DNA from: the human T2T-CHM13v2.0 reference genome, Homo sapiens
Length of the DNA stretch: 64,000 nt
Reading direction: 5' to 3' (one strand)
Assembly (NCBI RefSeq): GCF_009914755.1
Contig: NC_060926.1
Each line of letters begins with the position of its first letter. Positions within the stretch are counted from its first letter, which is position 1. The translations under genes and the position numbers were made by a program. The notes under the pieces are model-generated. The model did no database searches. It saw nothing but the letters and a program-made list of their open reading frames with translations, and was not told the origin of the DNA. This document shows positions 51,595-63,876 of the stretch, piece by piece.

Positions 51595-54500
51595 TAAAAA
51601 TAATTTGTCCTACACAAGTTTTTGTGCCTACTATAGACTTTCACACTGATAGAAAAAAAAATGCTTACAAAGCCTTTTTCTCAGAGGATCTCATTTGGCA
51701 GTTTTGAAATTTACTTTTCCACAAATCTTTATCAGTGGTAAGAATGTTTCTGAGGCTGTGCTGTCAATCACTTATGTCACCACTTTCCTTCCCACTTCAT
51801 TAGGAACCACACTGTACTTTATTTCTTAAAGGAGAATCTGAAACTGATTTGGGGAAGAAGGACTTTTAGTCCAGAGTATGCAGCATTGTATAAAATATGT
51901 ATTGATATAAAGCCTAAAAATACACACAGTAGGTACAGCATTCACATACGCAATTATTTAGCAGGTTCAGCTGGTGAGATTTTACACCACAGTGTTCTTC
52001 TTACGAATACCAGAGAGAAAATCAAAGTTTCTTGACATATGGTAATAAATATTTTCACTTACAGTAAATAATTTTTGCTCTTTTGGCATCCATTGTATAA
52101 AAGCTAGTTTGAAATCATTCCAAATTAGCAAAGCTAGAAGTTTGGTAACACAAGGGGAACGAGCAGTATAGGCCCCCATACCTTCGTTTTCACTGAAGTG
52201 TGCTTGCTTTTGAGATACAACACTGAGAAAACTTCCTCATTTTCAAGATGAAGAGATGTTATTTCTTCCTATTGTGTTTCTAGGACTCGAAATGAGCATC
52301 TGTATTCTTCATTATGGAAATGGAAAATGAGTTTGCCCTATAATTAATGCTAGACATGACAATTTTTCTGGCACTACCTTCAAAATAAAAATTTTCAATA
52401 TGAAAATCTCATAAGAAAATCTCAGATGCAGATTCATCTCAAAATCCAGGTGACATAATTCAACAAAATGAAAAGCAGCCTGTTTATAAGACCAATTTTC
52501 TTTAAAGCATTTCTTTTTTTTTTTTTAAGGAAACACATTTATTCACACTCTAAAATCATGAAATGTTAGACCTGCGAACTCCTCACCTTACAAACAAGAA
52601 AATCAGGTATCAGAAGATTAAGCCATTAAGTCTTCACCAGTAGATACAGAACTTTCTCCAGTACAATGTCTTCACATAAATCAATTAAAAGAAAATGCTC
52701 TAAAATTAGATAAGCTCCAAAGAGTAATCTGTTCACACTGGGACATGTTGAATTTGAGGTGAACTGATAGCAGTTGTAAGGGTAAATCTGAAGTTGAGAA
52801 GAGAATTCTGGGCTGGGGATCATATAGATTTCCCAACGAAACCAAAAGAGAAAAGGAGATTCTGAGACCACCTTCAGAAAAATCCAACATTTAAAAGGGT
52901 AGAAAGAAAAAGCAGGTACAAACAAAGAACTGCTTTCCTGTTAATTGTTTTTACTCCTAAAATATTTGATTGAATGTTTCCAAGTGGAAATCTGAGGAGC
53001 CCAGTGAAGAGGATTCTCTTAGGCAATTGGTGGATTCTCTTAGGCAATTGATCGAACCCAGTGATAAATTTCCCAAAGTAGTCTTATGACACACAGTGCA
53101 TCTATGACACAAAAACTGTAAAGTAAATCACTTTTCAAAAGTAATTCACCTTAAAAATTGATTAAAATTAACTGAATGTTAATTTCTTAGTATTGACAGA
53201 TATACAACGGTTATATGACATATTCACATTAGGGAAAAATGAACAAAAAGAACTCTCTAAAATATGTTTATGACATTTCTAGAATCTCAAATTATTCTGA
53301 ATTAAAATATTTATTTTTAAAATAAAGCATGCTGATCTGATTAACTCCCATATATTACATATAAAATGACAAAGCTGTGATATTTATAAATACATTCTCT
53401 TTTAAAAAATGATGGAGATACATTCAACAAAGAAAAATACAACCACAACCAAAACAAGCAACCTACAAATTCCTCCCCACTTTTGTTATGTTTATAGACA
53501 TAAAACATGCATTATCCTTGTTTGAATGGCATGTCTTTGAAAATGTCCTCCCATTTTAGAGTTTCAAATAAAACAAGCATATACTTTTCTACTTAATCTC
53601 ATCAATTTAAACCTTCATATCTTTTCTTAAAGTACTGCAAAGAGTAGATGCATCATTTAGGGATTGCTAGGTAGAGTGAAATAGGCTGGAGTCAGTATTT
53701 ATTTTGTTATTGCAGGAGTAGCCTTCTGTTTAAAATGACACCTTCTCTTGCAATTGAAATCTTACTGGCTATGTGGAAAACTAGAAAGTCAGGAATCTAG
53801 AAAACACTTGTTGCAGTGGATGTCTTAAGAAGTGTCCTCAGCTTCCTTTTCTCTAGCCTGAGGTTTTGTAAAGCAATCAAGAGCTATTCAGTTTAATGTT
53901 TTATACTTAGGTATCATTTCAGTCAGTTTTAATGAATGGTTCACAAAATATCCCATAATTCTTCACCATATTTTAAGCTGCTTACTGAGAAAATAATACT
54001 ATTGATGACCATTCCAGTATCAAGAGTAAATGGTTTACATAATTATTATTACTTATTCAAAATTGTTTCACCTAAGGCCAGATTCTCATTTACTGCCCAG
54101 ACCCACTCACACTCACCTACCCACTCCATCCCACCAAAAAAAAAAAAGAAAATTAAGAGCTGGCGAAGGAAGTAGAATAAGGCAAACAAAGAATTATTGC
54201 TACAGCAATTTATAAGAACGCTCAATTATACCCTAAGGGTCTGAGACAGTTATGCAGTTATGCCAAAGTGTCCAATTTACTTTTTCTGAAGAAAAACACT
54301 TAGCAACAATGGCTAATTTTAATGAATAAAGAGAATGAATACAAACTAAATATGCAGATGACTTTTAAACAAAAAGTTGCATCCATTTTGCATTACTTTT
54401 ATATTTCATAAAGCATGAAACTGGCTTTTAAGAAATCAGTATGTTGTCCTGAGAACATGTAGAACAATAGGAAACAACCCCCTTGACTGATTTTGAGACA

Positions 54501-55662
54501 AGCTACTTGGGTCCTCTCTGGATATTCTAGTACCCTCGGTGTCCGTAATGCCATTTTAGAAGCAGGTATTGATATTAAGGGATGTGTAGCCTACCTGATT
54601 TGACCTGATTTTGTGTTACCTTTTATTTCGTGACTGGATAACTAGTGCTGCTCAAACACAGGAAACATACAGCGAAATAACATGAATGTATCTCCTTGAA
54701 CCACATTAAACTCTCCTTTCTCCAAGCTACCTTGAAATATATAGAATACAATGAGCAAATATATTGACAAGACAATGAGCAAATATATATTAAGTAATGC
54801 TATAGGGTAAAATAGTTAGGCCTTCAGTGCTCCTCTAGTTTTATGCCTATTTGTCTTGAATCCTCAATTGAACTTTTAAGGCAGCAAGTGTCTCATTTTT
54901 CTTTGCATAACCCATGACATCTAGCAGTGTTCTGGCATAGATACAATCATGCAGTACATATTTTAACAGATCTTAACTAACAATGTACAAAAGCACTGAG
55001 AGGGGTGCTTAGTAATTACTTATATATTTTAATTTTCAACATTCTGGAAAGAGATAGTAAAATTCCTAAAGGCTAAGAAACCTCTTGGCAAGTCCAACAG
55101 TAGCTTATCCCCGGCCAAATTTTTGGCTTGCTATATGTACTTTTAAGCCTATTAGTTAATAGCTACATGTTTAACAATGTTTTACATAGACACACATTTT
55201 ATACAAATGTTGTAGTCCCACTACAAATCTAAAGAGTAGATGATCCACTCAAATCTAGCTGTGCTAATGGAGGGATGCATGGTATATAATTAAAACAATG
55301 ATTTTGAAGCCAATGGAGGGTAACTGGTCCAAAAAGCACATCTAATCATGCAAAATAATTCATTATGTAGACAGTTCATACATGGAAAATTGAGAATTGA
55401 CTCCCAAGGCTGTACATATGCAACTTCTAAATAAAGTGCTTTAAAAAAATCAAAATTCTATGTAAAAGGTTTGATCTGACAATAAAATGGTTTTGAAGTC
55501 ATAATGGCAGCCTTAGTTTTATATATGTAATTACACCTTATTATAAATACATTTTATTACATATATATAATCTATACATTTGCATATAAAGTATTTTTTT
55601 CATTATAGGTAAATTCATTTCACTGGACGACTGATTAGGAAAGAATTTTGTCTTTGATATAC

Positions 55663-55752
55663 TCTCCCATCCGAGTACTAACCAGGATCAACTCTGCTTA
55701 GCTTCTGAGATCAGATGAGAATGGGTGCATTCAGGGTGGTATGGCCGTAGAC
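55663..55752 (-). pseudogene. 5S rRNA retropseudogene (nt 1 to about 90, 3'-truncated, no poly(A) tail)
   Basis: The minus strand reads GTCTACGGCCATACCACCCTGAATGCACCCATTCTCATCTGATCTCAGAAGCTAAGCAGAGTTGATCCTGGTTAGTACTCGGATGGGAGA. 10-bp TSD tgatatactc at 55655-55664 and 55753-55762. Confidence 0.95.
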
Positions 55753-58700
55753 TGATATACTCCTGTAGAGTTTTCAACTTGAACGATGTTAAGTCAGCCA
55801 GGTAATGGCACTTCCCCATACTGTTAAGCCTTCACTGTATCCATGACTTTACTAATAAATTTAGGCTGTGAACTTATGTAATCATGTTTTCCATCAAAAA
55901 TCTGAAATAGGCTTAGAGCCAAGATGGTGGAACCCTACAAGACTCATTACATTTTAATAAAAAAGCAGGGGGAACAAAGGTGAGAGCACAAAGACTGCAG
56001 AACTAATTTCTTTCGGGAACTGACTTATTTTGGCTCCCCAAAATAATATTCAAGTCATTCCCACCATGATAAATAGTTTTTGTCTTTCAAAGTAATGAAT
56101 AAAGTAATGGAGACTTTATAACAAAAGGCTATACATTATAGTTATGGGAAAATAGTAAAACAAGTATTTGAATGTTTTTTATTCCCAAGAAGATGAATTG
56201 TGGCTTAACCCACAGATCAAAAAATATATAGCACAACACTGAAAAAAATTATCATTGATTTTTGGGAAATCTGAGCTAGTTACTTATGATTAATCAAATG
56301 AATTAAAATAAAGGTGAAAATTTGAGGAGCAAATGGAAACGGGTAGTGATAATACACATAGTTTATGATGCAAAAATATAAACTATCTCTCATATATTTC
56401 TGCTTTTTAATAGTTGTTACTCAGTTTGAACTCATATTGTCTTTAATGTGCCAAAAGACCCTAGATATATCCATGAATGTATAATTGTCTGTGACTCTCT
56501 CCAATTTTTCTGTATACTGGAAATTGCCTACCTACTCCACAATATTGTCCTTAGCTCCATTCTCTATGCTAGAGTGATGAGGGAAGGAGGCCTTCAGGAG
56601 ATTCAAATATCAGCTGTCAAGTAAATGTAAATAAGATAGCAGAAGGTAAAATCAGTCTTTCTGGTCAATACTGGTAACTCTAGTGTAAATTTTAAAAACT
56701 TAAATGCTAAAGAATGTATAAATCTAAACTTAGTGTCATTATACTATCTTGAATTTGCACAAAGATTATTGTTTATGTCTTTAATAATCTCAAGTTCTGA
56801 AGCAAATGGATGCCATTTTTTTCTATCTATTGGTGTTTGAGTCCATAAACCACAGGTAAAGCAACAGAGGAATAAAACACTGGGAGCAGGGAAAATGGGA
56901 GGTAAAAGAGAAGACTAAATAATAAAAGGCACCACTTGATCTAAGTATGATTAAATATTCATTAACGCTGTTCAGCTGTGGATTTTGGTAGTGCTCATAA
57001 TACTAGAATTAACAGCACTAATTTTGATAGGGTGAAATCTCATTTAAATGTCATTTTCTAAATGGGCAGAGTATAAGTTCTTAAATATTTAAACTTAATA
57101 TAGACAAAGGCCTAAAGTACTTGGCTACATGCTTTTTTCCCATTTGAAAACTAAAAAGTGTCAGCTAAGAGGGCTTTTCCTATCAATTAGCATTCTGGTT
57201 ACTGAATCCATCATATAGTTAATTGATTGCCCTTGTACCTTATCAATGCACCCAGATGCTGTGGTATGAACACATTTCATAAATTAAAGAAGCATATGGA
57301 AGTGACACAGACAGTAGCATTTCATCCCAGAACATCTTTAATATGCGATGCTACATCACTAATTATTTTGTAAATATGTAAGTATTTCCCTAGTTAATGT
57401 GTTGGTGAGAAGTTTGCTTGGCAGTTGAGCCCAAATGTTATTGTAACCAGACATTTAATAACAGTTCAGGACTCTTGTAGTTTCATTCCATTCTGCCCAT
57501 AAGGAGAATGTGTCTCTTAGCCTACTGGGCAACCTTGATTGTGCAAAGTCAATGAAAATATTTATCCTTTATTACTGGGTAATTTTCCTTAATGAACAGC
57601 AGTCTACTCTCCATAATATAAATATCTGTCCAAAGATCGGTCTGGAGACTCTTTCTAAAAATGTTACAGGGAATTTGCCAAGTGAGGAGCATATTGCTGC
57701 TTAGTGAATTTTTTTCCATTAATTTCTAAGGATAGAATATGAAGGAAATTGCAGCAGAAATAAGTTGGCTTTATTCTTCAACTTTGGGAAAACTAGTATA
57801 ATGATCTGAGTATATTATCCTGAATTTACCTTAAGGTACCAAAAGTAAAAATTTTTTTCTTCTTGTCTAAGTCATAATTTCTTGTCAAGCCAAGTTTCAA
57901 AAGTTAAGTCAAAAGAACTTTTTTTGAGAATGGAAACTTTCTTTGGAGAATGGAAATTCTCTACATTAATTAATGTATTAATACAAAATCCACTAGATAA
58001 CTGACAAGTGAGCTGCGGGCAACCCAAAAGATTGCATTTAAACATTTTAAATTTGTGTTTCTGTTACATTTTAGAAGCATGATTTTTGTCAGATTAATTT
58101 GCACTTAGGACTGAAAACTGTATCTGGGTTCAACTAGAATTTTGTAAGAGTCATTAAAATCAGAGGATTCAGAAATAAGTTGATTTTCATCCTCCTTCAG
58201 TCCTATGACTTTTCTGGGCAAAAACTGTGTCCAGTTCTCTGGGAGCTGGGGGTGACAGAGGGCTTGATGGAGGCTGCTGAGAGATTAATTTCATTTCAGA
58301 ATTTGAACTGGGTATTGGTCAGGCTCCACGCTGCATGATAAAATCAACAAATACTTAAATAAAATATTCAAAAGTTATTCTGTAAATGGCCATCTATTAA
58401 AAAGTCAGAAGGAAAATAATAGTAGATTAGTTTGCATGGCTCTAAACATTTTCAGAATTGAAAACTTATTTAGGGAAAAATTTGGTAAGCCCTATAGATG
58501 CTTGAATCATCCAAAGTCTAGTAAATAAGTTTAGTATTAATTGCCACTTTTATATTTCGATGCTACTAACTAAAATAATACAATAGCCTACTGTTAATTT
58601 CTCTTCTGCTTTTCCTGAGCTTGGCAAAGAGAAAAATGTGACAAACACCACAAATAGACAACACACCATTTGTAATCTGGTAAAGCAACTTCTATTCATG

Positions 58701-59590
58701 GAATTTCTTCCCTTTATGAAGCGAGGGCTATCTAATTTAATGAAAATAGTTGTCACCACAGATATGACATTCTGTCTCCTAATTAAATGAAGATGCAATC
58801 AGAACTTCCCTTGAAAAGAGAGGCCAGGCTTCCTTCACTATTAAGCACACTCTTCCCTAAGGGCACCCTCCTACCCTTTTTCTGATATGCAATCCCTTCT
58901 GTCCTCCATCTGCTCCACCCCCACCTATTGTCTCCACTCACTCCAAGCATGCCAATCCCATCTGGCTATACTCTTGCTTCTGCTAGCTCTAATTCTCCAC
59001 AGGCCTAGGGAATGTTTGAATGCCAAGGCATTTTTGCTTTTCTCGAGAATAAGGACTAGCTAGGAGGGTATCAAACAATTCCCCAAGGAATTCACACACA
59101 CATGAACATGCACATGGTCTCTCACATACACAAACAGCAGTTTAGAATCCTCCTCTAGGATATAATTTCTTTAAAAATGTTTTTAATTATTTCATCTGGG
59201 AGGCATTTTAGAAAATTAAAATCTTACTATTGTTGAAATAATCAAAATTAATATTTCAGAAATAAACACTTTCATTATCCCAGACACGCATTTTTTTCAG
59301 TAAGCAGAATTAATGTAAGTAAATGTTACTCATATCTTATCATGAAATATTTACATTAATCAGGTTTAATCACTGATCACTAATACGTTTTCTGTTTTAG
59401 CAAACATGCATTTAATTCAGACATTCCATCTTTACAAATGCTCATGAAAATCCCACTCTGCCACAAAAGCATGCATGGTCAGAATCTAAGCATATTTAAG
59501 CAAAAATTTCAGCAAGTCATTAACAATAATAAAGCAGTCTGGCAAGTACTGAAAGCAGCTTTTATTCATGCTTTTACTTGAACTAAGTTA

Positions 59591-59640
59591 ATACATATAT
59601 ACATATATATGCACACACACACACACACACACACAGACAC
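59591..59640. repeat. (TA)n/(CA)n compound microsatellite
   Basis: Directly visible. Confidence 0.9.
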
Positions 59641-59963
59641 AAGTTTTGGTTGTTTTTGCCACAAGCATGCTGATAAACCCCTGAAGCTCACACAAAGCAG
59701 CAGACAAAACTAGAAGCAACCATGCTCAGGGTTTAAGGACATTTTAAAATTTAAAACAACCTTTCCACATTTCACATACAGCGTGCATAAATTTGACATG
59801 CAATCTTCAAGAAGAAATATTTTAACATAAATCTTAAAATTAGTTTATCCAAATGAGTTTATTCTTATTTTCATTATTATTGTTTTTAGGCTTCTGGTAT
59901 CTTAAACCCTGCATGCTGCAGATCTAAGCTGTGCTCAGCAGCGGCTGTGACAGAAGAAGCTAC

Positions 59964-59996
59964 CTGCGAGTTTTCACAGTGCCATCTCATATCCAT
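59964..59996 (-). CDS. NRXN1: NRXN1-gamma-specific start exon, coding part MDMRWHCENSQ
   Basis: ATG in strong context (GACATGG), 11 codons, donor CAG|GTAGCT in phase 0 matching the acceptor at 29792. The join 59964-59996 + 29714/29705-29792 + 7947-8254 is 420/429 nt, i.e. 139/142 aa. The peptide matches my recollection of the neurexin-1-gamma N-terminus. Confidence 0.88.
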
Positions 59997-60099
59997 GTCT
60001 GTCTGGCTACCCTGCGTGCTTAGAGCTTTTTTCTTAATTCTTAATGGAAATCCTAGGAAATTTAGTCCATCCTCTGAAATCAATACTGGTGACAGGAGA

Positions 60100-60420
60100 G
60101 CTCCCTGACTCAGTGGGAGATCAAGATGATAAATTGCCTGCGCATCAGCCCGGCCTATCAGTGCCCTGCACACAGATGGGCGAGAAAAGACACAGAAAAC
60201 GCTCTGTCAGTCACGTGTCACTGAGGAGCCAATGGCTGACGCACTACGGCAGGAAGGGATGCTGCAGTTCCGTCTGCAGTTGACGAGGCTGTTGGTACAC
60301 AGCCCAGCCCGGCACCACTCAAAAAGTCTCAGCAGTCGTTGCTTTTCAATTTGCTCCCCTAACGAGACCGCATAGGTAAACAGACCTCCCTCTAACCCCC
60401 GACCCAAAAAAAGGCTTATT
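60100..60420 (-). promoter_or_regulatory. NRXN1: Internal (gamma) promoter / 5' leader region
   Basis: Local rise in GC and CpG within an AT-rich intron. TGACTCA at 60106-60112, GTCACGTG at 60210-60217, CCAAT at 60229-60233 and TGACGCA at 60237-60243, all just upstream of the gamma ATG. Confidence 0.7.
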
Positions 60421-61077
60421 TTCATGCACGAACATTTTCTGTATATTACATTCAAATCCAGTGTGATTGCTAAACACAGAGGGGAAACTTTTTTTTCCCC
60501 AGCCCTTAAACTGTTATGTGTTTTTCTTGAGATAATTATCTTTTTACCTAATATTAAATTAGAAGACTTAAAACTGTGCAATTAGCATGGAACCCTCCTA
60601 GCAGAATCTCCTCGAAGCCTTGTAATTGTAATTACAATTTTATTTGTAAGTTAATGAATGACATTTTTTGAATGCCAAGTTTATAATGAGTATTTTTATG
60701 GGATGAGTTTGTAAAGACAATTATGCAACATTAAGAAATACATTCTTAGGCTTTTTTTTTTTTGGCCAATTACAACTGTTGCTCTTTAAAGACAATTTAA
60801 GTCCCAATAAATATGCCATTTTATCAATCATTAAAAATAAAAACAAGCACCAAAAGATGCACATCCTGTTTCCCAAAGTCTGAAGAACAAATGTATTATT
60901 CAATGATGAAAATATGTACTTATTTGCTGCCTTTTCTCTGAAATTTACAATAATTATTTGGTAAGCAAAGACTACACATCTGGAATACCATATGGAACTA
61001 TATCCCCAAATACATCTGTTTCCAGTGATCATACTGTAATAACAGATATGTTTACACACTTCTTCAATGTGAGATGA

Positions 61078-61135
61078 TTATATATAGTTATATATACATA
61101 TACATACAATTATATATTATATATATGATTATATA
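61078..61135. repeat. (TA)n-like low-complexity tract
   Basis: Directly visible. Confidence 0.8.
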
Positions 61136-61739
61136 CAGTCTGACAGGGTAGGCTATAAGTGATGAGACCGGTGTGTGTTTCAAATGACAGTATCACGGAG
61201 ATTTTTTTTTTAAAGCTCAAAAGTAGCATAAAACAATCTTCAGGAATAAAATTTCTAGAAGAAAAATTACCCTAGCCACCCTGGCACTTTTATTGCTTTT
61301 CATTGCCCAGTTTTCATACTATTCATGCATTTGAAAGAATTAATTCTAACATCTTTTAGAGTCTGGCAACACTATTTAGAAAAAAAGTGTATTGGAATAA
61401 ACATTGATAGGTGTGCCTCATAAGTAAAGCTTATGAGTTGTAGAATGCTGAAATTCCAAAGCTCAATTTGTCTTGGCAACTATTTTTTTAAACTAAACAC
61501 ATTCCTGAAAGATTGAACCCTGTCAAGTTTTTTTGCAAATTCTTTCTTTCATTCAATATTGACTATCAGGAAATAATAAAGCATTTTTCAAGTTTTTTAA
61601 AATAGATGTTGTCATGTGTTTTTTTCTATTTATTCAGACTATTCAATAATAACGTAATTCTCAACAAACTTTATTCTTAAAAAATATTATGACTCAGAGC
61701 ACCTGTCATTAAAAACAAAATAATAATAAAACATCAACA

Positions 61740-62490
61740 CTAAACCTATTCATTAGAGCACTGTAATAGCCCCAAACTAGAAACCACCTTAATCACTGAT
61801 AGTAAACTGATTAGATAAACTATGATACAGCCTTACAGGTGAAATACTCTTCATCTGTAAAATACAATGTGGTAAATCATATGTCCTTATATGAAGAGAT
61901 TTCTCAGATACATTTGAATGAAAAAGCCATAAAATTTAAATTGTGTATAGGCTATACTTACTTACATAATACATGCATGTATACACACACAAATGATTGC
62001 ATATGCGGAAGAATTTTTTTTTTTTTTTTTTTTGAGATGGAGTCTTGCTCTGTCACCCAGGCTGGAGTGCAGTGGTGGGATCTAGACTTACTGCAACCTC
62101 TACCTCTCAGGTTCAAGTGATTCTTCTGCCTCAGCCTCCTGAGTAGATGGGATTACAGGAGAGTGCCACCACGCCCAGCTAATTTTTTTTTTTTTTGTAT
62201 TTTTAGTAGAGATGGGGTTACACCATGTTGGCCTGGTGGGTCTCAAACTCCTGATCTCGAGTGATCTGCCCACCTTGGCCTCCCAAAGTACCAGGATTAT
62301 AGAGGCATGAGCCACCCTGCCCGACCTACAGGAAATTTCTGTAAGGACATAAACTATCAGTTAATAGTGGCCAAATAGTGGCTACATCTGAGGAGACTGA
62401 GTTCAAAGGTAGGACTGAGACATAGTTTTATTAGGTATCATTTTATACATTTTGTTTAAGTCTATGGTTTACTTTTCTAATTTAAAATGA
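61740..62490 (+). mobile_element. Old L1ME 3' fragment interrupted by an Alu
   Basis: attcattagagcactgtaatagccccaaactagaaaccac...gataaactatg...tgaaatact; similarity resumes after the Alu (aaactatcagttaatagtgg). Confidence 0.6.
62014..62326 (-). mobile_element. AluS element
   Basis: Poly-T followed by a full antisense dimer. Confidence 0.93.
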
Positions 62491-63239
62491 ATTAAGATAA
62501 TGTTATCGATGTTCATGTAGGTTTAGAAGAGCATGACTGGTATGTTTTGAGGGAAAATCTTGAGGGAAAGGAAGGAAGACAGAGGGAAGGACATGTGGCC
62601 TGCTTTTTTTCATGTAAAGAAAATAGTGTAGGTGTGGGCAAGAAGGGAACTGTAAAATAAAGGTTCTGGCAATCTCTGCTGAAGACCTTCACATCTCATA
62701 TCAACTTGAAGTTCTTTTATCTATGAATGCAAATAATAATACAGACATGGATTAAGAGCTTTACAATTTAGAGTGACGATTAACCCAAATTTTGTCTGAT
62801 TCTTCCAGGAACGAATGTAAAAGGCTGAGAAGTAAATGATTTGTATATTTACCCAGACATGGGCAAATTAACCTCTTCAAGCCTTAGTTTTCTCAGCTGG
62901 ATGCAATTAGCAAAAAGTGGCCAAGCTAAACTTGAATTTCAATTTAGGGTATTGTTCACTGCTGCTTCAAAGGCAAAATAACATCCATGTTTTTACCAAT
63001 AATGGTGTAGGGCTAAAGACAAAACAAATTTTCACGTGTTTCCTCCCCAGAAGCAGCTTATGTTGTCCAAAACTGAAAACTTGGCTTATAGATTCTATTG
63101 TTGGCTCTTGTTGTTATTCAGATTCTTGTAACTTTAAGAGATACAAACCTAAAAAAAAAATGAATTGGCCAAATTAAGTCAAAGATTACAATTTGAATAA
63201 TTTAAGGGTTTTGGGGTTTTACATAAAAGTGCTGTAAAT

Positions 63240-63457
63240 CAGTGGTTTCGGATGGTGATTTTGCTCCATCCCACCCCCCAGGGAACATTTGACAATGTTT
63301 GGTGACATTTCTGGTTGTCAAAACTGGAGGGTGCTAGCAGCATCCAGTGGATAGTGGCCAAGAATGCTGCTAATCATTCTATAATGTACAGGACAGTCCC
63401 TATCACAAATAATTATTTGGACCCAAATGTCAACAGTGCTGAGATAGAGAAACCATG
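63240..63457 (+). mobile_element. MER20 DNA transposon
   Basis: cagtggtt...ggtgattttgc...acatttgacaatgtttgg...ggttgtca...gatagagaaaccatg; near full length. Confidence 0.85.
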
Positions 63458-63876
63458 TTCTAAATGCTAAACTTTTCTACCTTCTTTCCGAAAGATTAAA
63501 TAAATATATTCTGTATTATGAAGCATATATTGTAACGTGACAAGATTTAGATGGAGAAGAGAAGGGGACCAAGGACCAAGCCCTGGGTTTCTCCAATTTT
63601 AATAAGTTACAGAAAACAGGAAAAAACAGCAAGTGAGGATGAAGAGATGGGAGGACAACTCAAAGGATGGTGACCTGGAAGTCAGTGGTAAAAGTGTGTT
63701 AGTAAAGAGATTAGGGTCAATTTGTTCAAATGCTGTGATAGGTCAAGTTATCTGTTCTTCATAGGTTTTTTAAAAGAATTAAAGTGAGAAATTAACCTAA
63801 TTGAAATTAACAGTATACTTGAAGTCTTTATTGCTCTGCATGATATTTGCATTTTTAAAGGTATGGACAGAAAATG

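Noticed and set aside
60044-61059. ORFs of 79-124 aa around the gamma promoter
   Set aside because: No homology and low-information peptides; better explained as promoter or intron sequence.
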